Source: Marsupella aquatica (taxonomy: Eukaryota > Plantae > Marchantiophyta). From it: a stretch of DNA of 64,000 nucleotides. Position 1 is the first letter of the stretch. Every line of letters begins with the position of its first letter. Location: NCBI GenBank assembly GCA_973895155.1, contig OZ316894.1:2620457-2684456 (forward strand), written 5' to 3'. Below are positions 35,201-48,138 of the stretch, in pieces. The notes under the pieces were generated by a model. That model saw nothing but the letters and a program-made list of their open reading frames with translations, did no database searches and had not been told where the DNA came from. The position numbers and the translations under genes were made by a program.

Positions 35201-38200
35201 CCATTCTTGCCACCCAGAAGAAAAGGATATCATGTCCAGTTTCTAAAAGGGATGTCGGATAGAATGTCCGGAAGTCAGCTGTATTATCAGGCCAACCCAT
35301 CACTGAGAAAGGAAACAAGCCAGATGAGAACCACGTATCCAGAACATCAGGATCTTGCTCCAACTTGTATTTCTTTCCCTTGTACTTCTCAGCAGCCAGA
35401 GTCTTCACTTCCTCGGCGTCCCGACCAACGATCCAGTGATCAGTATATGCCCCGAATTCTCTCAGTTCGTCGTCTTCCAGTGTTACATACCATGCTGGTA
35501 TACGATGGCCCCACCAAAGTTGCCTTGAAATGCACCAATCCCTGATGTTCTCTAGCCACCTATGGTCAGATCCACAACGGAAGGCATTTTAGAAAGAGGT
35601 TTTAGAGTCTTTCACTGATGTGCAAATTGCCAGGTACTAGACCAGTGTTCATTATGGAGGAAACTGCCAGGGAGTGTCGACAGCACCGTCGGCGCTGTCG
35701 TGAGTAGCGATGAGTGAGACTAGAGTCACTAAGAAACGCTACGGGTGAGACTTGAGTCCTTATGAATAGAAACGAGTGAGACTTGAGTCCCGAAGAATAG
35801 AAACGATTGAAATTCGACTCCCTAAGAATGTCACACACCTGAACCATGTATCCTCCCATTGTTTAGGAATGATTTCCATCTCCCCACTGCGAACAGCAGC
35901 ACATGCCTCCTTAGCCATGCCATCACAGCTGACATACCACTGGGGCTTGATCATTGGTTCAATCACATCATTGGTTCTTGAGCAAACACCTAGACGCATG
36001 GGATTCTCGGCCTTTCCTCGATACAGGCCCTGTGCGAATAGAATTTCAAGAAGAGAAAAGCCAAAAGAGGTAAGAAGAAAATCATTGTGGTGAAGAATGT
36101 AGAAAAAATATTGATAGCCTAGGCTCCAAAAACACAGGAGATTCAGCAAGCACCACAAAGCACCACAACACAAAGGGAATGTATGCCCACAATATTAAAT
36201 TAGGATGATTGCCCATGAAGTACCTACAGAGACACAAAAAGGATTTCGATTCCTTACCTTTTCCGTAAGGGACTTCTCAACTGCCACACGAGCATCAAAG
36301 CGTTTCATGCCCTCCCAATATTTCCCACCATTGCTATTTATCCGTCCATCGTCAGTAAGAATGTTTATGAATTCCAAGTTGTGACGCCTTCCAGTTGCAA
36401 AATCATTTGGATCATGTGCAGGTGTTATCTGCATAAAAGTGATATGTGCCTTAATGAGTGGTGAATTTGAGACTTCCTTCGTAAAGAAATGCATCATTAG
36501 ATAATGAATTGAAATGACATTCATCAATTAACAAGATTGAGAAAAGGAGGAAGAACAGTTGAGTCACTCACCTTGACAGCGCCAGTTCCAAAACTCATAT
36601 CCACCAGCTCAGCATCACATATTATTGGGATTCTCCTGTTGTTGAAAGGATGGATAACAAACTTTCCATGCAAATGCTTGTATCTATCATCTTCTGGATG
36701 CACTGCCACAGCTGTGTCTCCAAGCATCGTCTCCAGCCTTGTTGTGGCCACAACAATCTCCCCTTCGCCACCCTCCAGAGGGTAGGCAAATGACGTGATC
36801 ACCCCAAACTCAACTGGGTTATCATATCCAGGGAGTGGCCGCAGTAGCCGGCCAGGCACATCAAGGTAATCCACCTAGAGTACACATGCCAGAGCAATTA
36901 CAAACAACTTTTTCATTATTTATTCGTAGACTCAGTCGGGAAGGGATGGAAACCAAGAGCTTATCAAGACAAAGTAGTAGCGAAAAACAGTCCAATTTCA
37001 AAAGACAGACAAGTGGCAATATCATCAGGGTAACGCCATCCAATCCAATTCAATGAGATCTAAACCTTTTGGAGTTAGGAGGATCCGGATTACACAACGC
37101 TCATGACACAAGAATTGACGACTATACCTCAATATCTGAGACTGCAGTCCTGAGCACACAGTCCCAGTTCACCAACCGATTGTCCCTGCGATTTTCCTTG
37201 TTGAGTACGATCAGTGCTTGCAGTAATGCGAATCAAGTTGTCAAACGGCATACAGTACCTCAAACACAACCTATCCATATCCATATCAAAATTTCGAAAA
37301 TAACGGGAATTGTTTTTGAACGAACCAACCTGTAAATCAACTTCTCCTTATACAGTCGAACAAACGTTTCGGTCACAGCAACTGTGCGCTTCTCATCCAT
37401 CGTGAAACACTGTCATAGTTCATAGTTCGAGTTTCAAAGCAGGTTCCCTCAAAAGAAAAACAGAGACTTCGGTGACTAGATAACCCTAGGAATAGAGGCT
37501 GAGCCATCGACAAGGACACAGTTTTAGGTCAAGCTAACAATCAAGTCATCATACTACGCACAGCTACGAGATCAAACTTTGTTTTAGGCTAGAGGATCAA
37601 GTTGAGATTAAAATCACCTCTCTGGACCAGTCAAGAGATGCACCTATCCCACGCAATTGCGTGGTGATTCTTCCCCCAAACTGTTCCTTCCACTTCCACA
37701 CCTGCAATTAAACAAGCAAGCACCGGGGCTTTTGCGCTGAGCAAACACGCGAATGATGACGGGAATTTTTAATGGCACTGATAACACACAGATGGTCAAG
37801 TCGATATACAAGTTCTTTAAAAACTAAAGGAAATGGAACAGAACATTCTCCATTTTGCCAATACTCACCTCAGCAACAAACTTCTCCCGCCCCAGATCGT
37901 GTCTTGTCAACCCTCTTTCCTTTTTGATATTTTTCTCCACAACCACCTTCATCCCACGATTCCAACAACACCGTGCAAGAATAACAACGACACCACTGGT
38001 CAGCACTAATTGATTCCTTCTAAAAGCAGGAATACGTGCTTAGGAATCCATGCATCCGGGCTAAATTGTATCCAAGTTAAGGCTGATTTCGCCAGATACA
38101 AAACCCTTCATACGACCTGGAAAACCTAAACGCTAAACCCTCTAATCCGGGGGTTAGTTGACCATCTAATTCGTCCCACTTGGCGAACGTAAACCCTACG

Positions 38201-39615
38201 AAGTGGAGGTTCATTGTGCATCTAGGTAGATCACCACAGATGAGTATATACGCTAGCAAGATTCCTGACCTCTTGATTACGTGAGCTAATACCAAATTGC
38301 CTGCAAGTATTTACATACCTGAGTTGCAATTCCAGCATGATCACAACCAGGTACCCATAGAGTATTATAGCCACTCATTCTTCGCCACCTTACAATGGTA
38401 TCCTGTGAACCGCAAGTCCAGGATCAGAAACCTGACAATGGCGTTTCTGACTACTGCTCATGGAAGACCATAACTTGACTACAAAGCCTCCAAAACGAGA
38501 CGCACTGAGGTTCGTACATACCTCCATCGCTCCAGTAAGAGCATGTCCAATATGTAGAGCACCTGTTACGTTCGGCGGGGGAATAACCTGCCAGAATAAA
38601 TAAGTAGTCCAAGGTCTCAGTCCAGCGACAGATTCAAATTTTTGAAACCTATTTCAAAAACCCCACTATTGCACCATTTTCAATCACTCATGTATTGCGT
38701 TAAGGGACTCCAGAGCTCACACTGGCACAATGTCAACTCACAATTACAAACGGAGGTTTCTTGCTATTGGAATCTGCGACAAAAAATCCACTTTTCTCCC
38801 ACCATTCGTACCACCTGTTGGATTTAAATCATAAGAAGAGGAATATCACCTGTCCTACGGAAATACCAAAAACACTACTAAAGGTTACGTGTTCTTAAAA
38901 GCAACCCAGATTAGCCAAACTCACCAACACTTGAAAGTCAGGAATCTTGAGTGCCTATAGAAGGGTGGGAGAGGTATAATGACAAAGTTGGTGATGAGGG
39001 AGACTTAGTAAGAATGAAAAGATTAAGAAGTATGTAGTGTATCTTACGAAGCCTCCACCGCCTTTGGATTGTAGGACTTGGCCATCTCTGGGCACAGACG
39101 CTTCTTCTCCCCAGAAGGAGTTGGAGGATCAACCTGCTCCACTTCGTTATCAGTGGCAGACGCCTTTTTGGCTTTCTGCTGAGCCTTCTTAGATGGCTCT
39201 GCTGCTGCTTTGTTGGCCTGGAAATTGAGAAATCTTAGTCAATTCTCCAAAGAACCCCCATACCTCGAGATAATTCAAATGCAGATGTTGTCAATGAATC
39301 TGACCTGAGCTACTTTTGCAGCCTCCGCCTTCTGTGCAGCCTTCAACTTCTTTGCCTCCTTCTCTTTCGCCTGCAGCATCAGTGAAACATTAGGCACGTC
39401 ATCTGTCTTTCTCATTTTTTTTCCTCGCAATGTAACAAACTTCATCGTACTTCATCTCATTAGATCTATCTTACAATATAGCAGTAGCAGGATCAACTTA
39501 CCTTCGCCGCGGCCTTGGCCGAGACGGGAGGACCGGTGACTCCATTCCCAGTTCCAGCATTGTCCGTCACATTCGTCAATACCTCCTGTGTTTCGCTGGG
39601 AGCCGGCTCGGCCAT
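32239..39615 (-). CDS. ValRS: Valyl-tRNA synthetase, eukaryotic cytosolic type (multi-exon)
   Basis: [78 protein letters not shown]-terminal coiled coil. ATG ([10 protein letters not shown]) at 39615. Confidence 0.97.
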
Positions 39616-40272
39616 CGTGGAACCAGATTTCAAGGGGATCCTGCGGGTTCGGTCTAAACCCTAAACCCTACGCTTGCAATGCCTACTCTGCACATATCAA
39701 CGAAAGAACAGTTTTGATTCAGAATCAGCGTCCATGGAAATACTCCGCGAGCCGCTCAACGTCTGAAGCTCCCGCATTTCTCCCGCAGAAGCTTCAGCAA
39801 TTGTCTATGACGGACTACCGCTCCCAAGGCAGTATGTCGCTTCCAAAATTGAACTCAACGCACAGAATTCCATGATTCATGATATCTTCTGGTGTCCAAT
39901 TCACCTTCCGCACTTCCTCGAGAGAATCAAAGCAGCACGAAAGCAGCAGCGGTGGAGGCAGCTACAGGTCGAGGACGATGCACCAGCAGCATCTCATCGA
40001 GCAAGAAAATTTCTTCCTGTGGTCTCCAATCTCTCTTCTCCAGCTGAGAGGACCTTCCTCGATTCCTTTCTTCGTCCACTTTCTCTAGTATCCTCCTCTC
40101 CTTCGCCGTGTGAGGAAATCTTTTGTTGCCGTAGACGAGAAGTTGTGATCGTTTGTTTGGTGATCGAATAATTTTGCCGACTACACAGCGCTTTCGAGAG
40201 AGGAGAGACGAGACCCTAAACCCCTCACAATACAATCTTAGGTGGCTTTACAAGACGTGGGGCATTATTTCT

Positions 40273-40615
40273 TTTTATTCCATCTAATATCAAATCTGGA
40301 CAATATGATTGGTGGAAAGAACTGGGTCCATAGGATGTGTACCAAACCCTCATGGCAATTAATGGAATGGGCCCAGCAAATCTGGACAATATAATGGGTG
40401 GAAAGTGTACCAAACCCTCATGGCAATTAATGGAATGGGCCCAGCTAAATGTCGGGGATTGCTTATTTTGTCTAGAATCTTAGATGGCCTCAGGTGATGG
40501 ACCTGGATCCATAGGATGTCTACCAAACCCTCATGCCAAGTAATGGAATGGGGCCCAGCTAAATGTTGTGGAGTGCTGATTTTGTCTAGAATCTTAGATG
40601 GCCTCCAGTGATGGT
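40273..40615. repeat. Degenerate tandem repeat upstream of ValRS carrying telobox-like and site II-like motifs
   Basis: TACCAAACCCTCATG..AATGGAATGGGCCCAGC x3 (~40340, 40408, 40521); TTTTGTCTAGAATCTTAGATGGCCTC x2. Confidence 0.85.
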
Positions 40616-42667
40616 CCAAAATTTCTAAACTTTGGCTCTGTCTTTCAAGGGATTTGCATTTACTTTACCGAAGTTCATTTCAATACTTATTTTGTCTGGA
40701 GTCTATTATGTTTAGAATAAAATAAGAAGGCACCTCCCAGTTTGCTTTGGTAAAAGAATATCACAAGTGCCCCCTACGTCTTGTAAAGCCACCCTTATTG
40801 CCATCCTTATAAATCCATCCAAAATCCAAAATTCTTTTCGAGAACAAGTTTGGGATGGAAAGCTCATTCTGCTTGTAGTTCCAGAAATCATTGGATAGAG
40901 ACTCGAGATTTCCACAGTAGATTGGAGCAAAAATAAATGGAAATTTTGGTTCTCATTTACAAAACTACACTAGCTCATTATGTATGTTCTTGCCAGGAAC
41001 AGAATAAATGTATTTTATTTCATCGAGCCCATGATTTCAATGAGACACCAAACATGACTCATTTTGCTCTTGATCGTTTTGGTCTGGAATCATAACCATT
41101 GACATTCTCAATTCTCAATTCTCGTTGATCTCTTTGGTCTAGAAATATATGTTAATCCATGCTCAGGTAAGTTTAGCAAGTTTCATTCGGCCAACTTTAG
41201 AAGGATAATATGGCAAGTAATCATAAGCAAATTCAACTAAACTTACACGAGTTTTGGCAGAAGACAACTTTGCATAGGGCACTCAAACCAGGGAGCCACC
41301 AATCTTCAAGGGGAAACTTAGACAATATCACTATCAAAATCAAAACTTTGATTAATTCTTGCAATGTACTCCCCCTGTATACATTGGTGAATGAGTTGTC
41401 CAGAAACGCTAGTAAATTGTCTAGAGCAGCCCAAGTGCCCTGTTGGAGACCTGGCAACGCTCCACTATGATTCATCAAACAAAGTGCTTCCGTGAGTCGT
41501 ACTCCACCCAGATGGCCTTTGCTCCCAGTCGCAAAAGGTTGCAAGCTCCTGCTGCAAGACACAAGAATAGGGACTCTAGACAAACAGCGACTGGCAAAGG
41601 GCAGCAGGCCTCCATCACGAGTTTACCAGCAAGGAGCAGCAAAAAAACTGTTCACAAACAGTGAGTGACAAAATGGCAGGCCCCATCACGAAATGAACAG
41701 CAAGGAGCCACAAAAGGAAGGGCCTGGGCAGGATTTGGACCTGCAATACCTTTGATTGCAATGATTTGAGATTGCCATGGCGCTACCAGGCCAGGGCTGT
41801 GCAGATACCTACGTTTAATGCTCATTGACTAGGTCTTCCAGCTTCAACTGTTACTCAGTCAAGCAAGCAGTATAACCCACATCGCGAAAATGACAGATTG
41901 TTCTGTCTGGATTCCGTACAACATGGTCCAGGCAGTATTCCATCCCTGCTACTAGGATTGAAGAAAGGTGGCTCGATGCAGTAGTGCAAAGTGTCAGAAA
42001 GAGCCATACATACTTCACACAAAATTGAAGAATAAGGAGTCTGCATAATGGATTGTGACACGCATTATTTACTCGGCACCTGATCTTTCGGCCAGACAGA
42101 GAACAGAGGTCTGCCTATGCCAGATCGATATTCAGAAATGGGACAATTGTGGGAAAGGGTCAATATTGCAATAGACTACGGTTGGTGCATGCGTGTCCTA
42201 GATCATATACTGGACAGGCCCATCTCAGATATGTTACGCCTTGTGTTATGATTGTCTTCACTAAAATTTGCTGCTCAGATGAAGAGCTATGCGAGAGGGT
42301 ACTGTACTGTACTGTGGCAAGGGCAATGGTTCTCCTCTACTCTTACCGTCAATTCTCTAAAATCTACACAAAGTGACAAATAGTTCATTGAACGTGAAGT
42401 ATTATGTTCAGTGATACTAATTATAGATATACCAAGTTCTGTCGTCCTCCAAAGCGTACTCCAGCAAGAGTGCTCAAAGGAAATTGTCATCAGATGTAAT
42501 ATGACTCGGAAAATTGACCCTAAAATCCAATAAATCAAACATGGGGTACTTACAGACGGAAGAGAATGTTAATACATCCAAGGGTCATCATTGCAACCTT
42601 CCAATTGTCAATGAGATTATGAGGATACTAGCAGGAACCTAAACAGGAGATGCACTAAACCTCTACC

Positions 42668-45337
42668 CTAAACTTGTACAAGCCGGTTTTCATCCACAAG
42701 GACTACTTCCCTCACATCGGGAAACTTGTCCTTGATGGCAGCTTGAATTCCCATGCCAATTGGGGCTGGACCCTTGTACTTGACAACAGCAATACCACTC
42801 GAAGAGTCTACCGAGACAACTTCCACAAATCCTCCATAGTTATGAATTGCAGGCCTGAGCATCTCCAAATGAGCATTCACCCCCTGTGGTCATTATGCCG
42901 TATCACCGTTATTAGCTAACTCCATCAGAACTCTCCAGGCTGGATGAAAGACACAAATACTACAAACACCCCTTAACGTCGAGGGTCACAAATACTACAA
43001 ACACCCCTTACACGTCGAGGGTAAGGAAATAACTATCTTTGTAGGCCAGAGCGACGATGCAGTAATGAAAATTGTGGATGAATTGAATTCAGGAGGGTTT
43101 TTAATCTAATTGGTAAAAACCAAACAAAGGAACCCTGAGTAAAAGGAGGACTGCATGCAACAGTGCCCTTCCAGTGCTAAAGCTGTCATTCCAGCCCAGT
43201 GAATGAAAGCATCATCAAATATAGATGTGACTGGAGAAAATAATATGTTAGATTATCTTACCATAATGGTTGCTCCTATCTGTTGCTGATCCACTTGTAC
43301 CACACCCTTCAGCGCAGCTCCAAACTTTTCATTCAAAACTCTTTCAATTCCCATCTTCATGGTAACAGTCGAGCTTGGGCATGTCCCACAGGCACCTGCA
43401 AGACGAAGCCCAGCCAGCAATTAGCCAACCACTATGACATATGGGAATCCATAACCGTATTTGACGCTGAAAATCTTTACGTAAGACCTTGCCGTTCAGA
43501 ATGGAGGAAAATGGCGTCTGAATGGAGTGGGTACATATTCACACTTCATATCACGACTCAAATATCAGGAGTACCGGAATGATGCTACATTCAATACCGA
43601 GGTTTCAGATAGTGTCCCTCGTCACCGTCGCTGTAAGGATTGAATCGCCTTGTCAGCAAAAAACGGATAGTGAACTTTTACCAATGCATAGCATAGCACG
43701 GTATGCTCCATAGATCTAAATCACAAGGCATTTTCATCCTCAACAGTACAATTGAACACTTCCACTTCACTCTTTCATGAATATATATCTCCTGCTACTA
43801 TTGTGTATTTCTTACCGTTTGTTAAATGTCTTGGTGGACTTAAAAACAAGGGAACACACACATATTCCCCTCGATCAACAGATCTACTCAAACCGGAATT
43901 CAATAACAACCTTCTCTTGGATAATGGCATGGCAGAAGCTCAGATCCTCGGGAAGGTGGAAACACTCTTCGTTTCTCTAATGTTTACCCTCACAAGTTTG
44001 ATCTCCTCTGTACTCTGTTCCTCGTCCTAGGAGACTTGATATATCACAATCTCGACGCAAAGACCTGGCTTCTGTTAATTTGAATACTTCAATGAAATTA
44101 TGACAATGAAAATTTCCAAGTCTATGTGGCTTGTCCCAAGAAGAATTTACGGACAAAACTGAATGGTACCATGAAAAGCTTTACCTTGAAGACGCAAGGA
44201 AACCACTCCATCATTCACCGAAGCGACCTCCACATTTCCACCATCGGAGATCAGGTAGGGACGTACTTCATTCAGAACTAAGTCCACATTTTCCACGTTC
44301 AACTGGTACACATCTGCAGAGTACAAGTGAGTACCCCTACTCTGGTCAAAGGGGCTAACAATTGGAACATTAGGCTGCACAAACGGGCTCTCTATTTGTT
44401 CCCCCTCACCCACTAGTTCTACAACCTTCTCTTGGACGGTCAGCTTGGTCTGCCCATCGATGACACTGCTCCAATCATCCCCCTCTGTTGCAGCCAGTAG
44501 CTTCAGCCTCCTCTCACGAGAACCCTCCTCCTCTCCCTGCACCTCATCATACAGATTCTCACCCATGGCCTTCCTCATCTTCAGCTTCTTCTCCTCGTAC
44601 TCACTCCTCTCCTCTTCAGTCATGAGCTGCAATGACACAGCCCCGCTGCTCCTTTCCCATAAATCCTTCTCCACTGAATTCCCGGGAGGAATCTTCTCCT
44701 CCTGCTCTAGCCATTGCTGCCTTTCTTCCTCTAGCTTAGACCTTGACACTATGGACGCCTTGGAGTACAACTTCACCCGCACTGAAGCGCATTTCTCTGC
44801 TCCCACTCTACTCCTGTGGGTTTTCAACGACAGGACCACGTTCCTAGAATACCCCATATACTCCAGCTGGGCAGTGCTGTTGTAGACGGCATATACTCCA
44901 GAGAATTTCCCAGCTTCCCTTGCCGAGACATACTCATCAAACCCAAGAATTGAGGACCCGTCATCCTCTCCCTCTTTGCCTGAGAATGCCTTCAATGCAG
45001 AGCTATGGACATCCGCATCACCTTCCCCGTAGAGGAATCCATGGAGCCCCTTATGGCCCTCTGGAATGGCTGCATCCGTGACCACTCCTGAGAGATTGTC
45101 CAGGTCAGGCTTGTGGGCCTCAACTCTAAGCCTGTTTCTACTGTTGTGGCTGCTGTGGCAGTTGTTCGTCTTCGGCTTCCGTTGATTCCTCAGATTTGTC
45201 ATCAGGCCCTTCGAGCTGGTTCCAAAAGACGGTGGTGCCCTCCATGACTTGGAAGCATTGCCTGAAGACGAGCTGCAGCTGCAGCCAGCTGCATTTGATG
45301 GAACGGAAAACTGGGAAGTGCCCGCCAATGCATTCAT
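42668..45337 (-). CDS. NFU1: Plastid NFU1-type Fe-S carrier (two NifU domains) with an N-terminal GIY-YIG-like domain
   Basis: Exon 1: transit peptide, GVYAVY...[25 protein letters not shown]...LRLQG. Exon 2 (~43261-43395): [20 protein letters not shown]. Exon 3: [17 protein letters not shown]...[13 protein letters not shown]. Confidence 0.9.
42952..43022. repeat. 35-bp tandem duplication in an NFU1 intron
   Basis: CACAAATACTACAAACACCCCTTA(C)ACGTCGAGGGT x2. Confidence 0.9.
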
Positions 45338-46040
45338 CGCAGCTACTCACTATTTACCAATTGCTGCTCGGTAGCTCCCAGAGTGGAATCAGACAGAGGC
45401 ACTCAAACGAGACTCACCAAACATGAATGCCCACAAGTATGATTATCGTCTCATCTCCTCACTTCTCCTCTCCTCCCCTCCCACTTCAAGATCTATACAA
45501 AGGACGTCATTTGGAAAAAGCCATCAGAACCTCCGGTAGCTGCAGTAGTTCGTAGAGATGTCCTACCCCTCGAGATTCAACTTCTCTGTGCGAAAACTCT
45601 AAAAGGCAATCGAGGAGAATGCCAACTTCCTGGTGCTACAGTGCCACTCTCATTCCTCCACAGCAGGCCGATTGAATTGGCAGCGGGGATCTCGCTATCC
45701 TATCCGTGGTCCGATTGCGAGGTTCTCGCCCAATAATGGGCTGAGGGGAGAAAAGGCGCATTGCTGGGATTCGAGCTTTCGACTTCTTGTCTCTTTCGTG
45801 GACTACAGTCCAGAGATGTACGGCCCACCAACGTACTGTACGTCGTTTAGCGATCTGCAGTCGAGAGTTCGACGGTGCCGTTGTTCACCCAAACACAAGG
45901 CATGATTGAAATTGCACATCAAAAAGTCTAGACATGAGGGGTCTCAATTGATCATATTAATACCCTGTCCGAGTGTCCACCCTGAAATAGTGTCTGTATA
46001 TGATTAGTATGATCCAAAATTAGAGTGACACACTAAATGG

Positions 46041-46255
46041 TGTCAACATTTCTTTCTAACCCAAATCACACTAATTATCATGTCCTTGTATGAATTTCTT
46101 TCTAACCCAAAACACACTAATTATCGTGTCAACATTTCTTTCTAACCCAAATCACACTAATTATCGTGTCAACATTTCTTTCTAACCCAAATCACACTAA
46201 TTATCATGTCAACATTTCTTTCTAACCCAAATCACACTAATTATCACACTAATTA
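46041..46255. repeat. ~5 x 40-bp minisatellite
   Basis: Unit TGTCAACATTTCTTTCTAACCCAAATCACACTAATTATCR. Confidence 0.95.
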
Positions 46256-46889
46256 AGTATGTTAAGTCACACTATTTAGTTTGTATTGAGAGTCCACTTG
46301 AGTCTTGGTTTTATGCCTCAATTCTCAGTGTGCAATATTCAAGGCAAATGCCTCAATAAGTGAGACCAAAAGTGTGACTTCTTGTGAACTCTAATTAGTG
46401 TGACACCTGAAATAATGTGACTCACACTATTTTGTGAGACATAAATCTTAAGGGGTTACACAATTAGTATGACTAACAACTAATTGCAGTGGACACTGTA
46501 GTTCGAGGTTAGAAAATGGTAACTTAGGTTTACCCGATTGTTGTTCTAAAATTTATTTCTCTATTTTTTATCTTTCTACCACTACTGGGTATACTTGTTT
46601 TTCCTTGTCTTGAATCAAACGTAAACCGTTGTGTTTGTTTCTTGTTGAAATCATCCTTGTTATGCTTGTGATGGAACCTGATGATTTGGCTCAACGTGCT
46701 GCTAGAGATTTTGGAAAGTGCTTCCATGGGGGTCTGTAAATAGTTATGGACCACCAAATTTATGATCCATATACCTGTCCATATGTCATGACCATAAATC
46801 ACTCTAGTGAAGAACAGAAAACTTTTGCATAACCCCATGAGAAAGCCATGGCCATTTGTTTATGGCCAAAACCTCGGGGGGGGGGGGGG

Positions 46890-47440
46890 CTACGTGTTCT
46901 TTAAAGTCGACCAGTCAATAAAACATGCCCTATGTGTTCTACCAGCAAACTTTGGAAGTCTTCCGCCACACCCATTTAAATGGGCCTATACTTCGTTGCA
47001 CGTGATGTGTCACTTCCATGGAAGTGCCCCCCCCCCCCCCCGCAAGGCCAAAACCTATCATCCATTACTATGAAGAGTTGTAAACACCTTGATGCTTGCC
47101 ACACCCACAAGTTGAATGGATTATTTTTTCATACCGTGATAAACCCATTGTTCTTTACAGCATTTTACCATGATCTTGTTCCCCAAAGTGAGCTAAACTA
47201 CTTCCCCATGAAAGTGAGCTAAATTACTAACCTACCCCCAAAAATATTTTAATTGCTAGGTTGCCCCCCATATTTTATACATTGGTTCTCGGGGGTTTCA
47301 CTTCCACAAAAATGGCATATCACGTGCGACGAAGTATAGGGTCATTTTATTGGTTCGAAGGGAAGACTTAAGAATTTTCTGAGAAGAACAATAGGGTCTT
47401 TTAAATCCAATTTTGGGACTTATAAGAACGTTAGGGTCTT
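46890..47440. mobile_element. Foldback/MULE-like MITE with long imperfect TIRs
   Basis: 46929-47035 (CCTATACTTCGTTGCACGTGAT...GGAAGTG) is the diverged reverse complement of 47290-47396 (CACTTCC...ATCACGTGCGACGAAGTATAGG). Confidence 0.7.
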
Positions 47441-47577
47441 TATAACCAAAATTTGAGAATATTCTGAGAATATTCCAACTTTATAGGGGTCAAAAAAATA
47501 AAAAAATTTCTTACATTTTAGGGGGTCCGAGGCCTAAAAACGTCGCAGGTGATGGGGAGACATCCATACAGTGAGAC

Positions 47578-48138
47578 CCCCGAGCATTGGTTACATTAAA
47601 TGTTCTAGTTATCCCGGGGTGATTTCTCATTGGTGGGCTAACATGTGGTGAGACACTATTGGCTCTGCCTTACCCTGGCTGAGCTTACTGTCACCCACCT
47701 AGCTCTTTGCCGGTCACCCTCCCAAGTTTCAATCCCAACCCTGACTACTTGGCTGGTTGGCTGGGTGCTGCAATTTCCCTTCAAAAACGGGGACCCACAT
47801 TCCATTGGGGCCTGATGATCCTTGGGTGCCAATGGTCCACCCTACTCCCACTTTTCTGAAGGAAAGAGACCCCAGAAGTATACATATTTTCCATGTGTAA
47901 ACAAACCCACATTTGGGCCCTGCAGCTTGATTTGAGCTGGGTCATTGGGACTTAAAGCTTGAGAGGGGGATGGGCCAGCCCTCTTTGGTGCAGGGCTCAT
48001 TAAAAAAATGGGAAAGAGCTAGCCCGGTGAGGGTAAACTCGGCCAGGGTAAGGCGGAGCCAATACTGCCTTGCCACGTGTTAGTCCACCAATGAAAAATC
48101 ACCCTGGGTTAACTACAATAGTTATTGTAATGTCGGGC
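47578..48138. mobile_element. Foldback/MITE with >100-bp TIRs
   Basis: 47606-47710 (TAGTTATCCCGGGGTGATTTCTCATTGGTGG...CTAGCTCTTT) pairs with the reverse complement of 48012-48115; weaker pairing extends outward. Confidence 0.8.
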
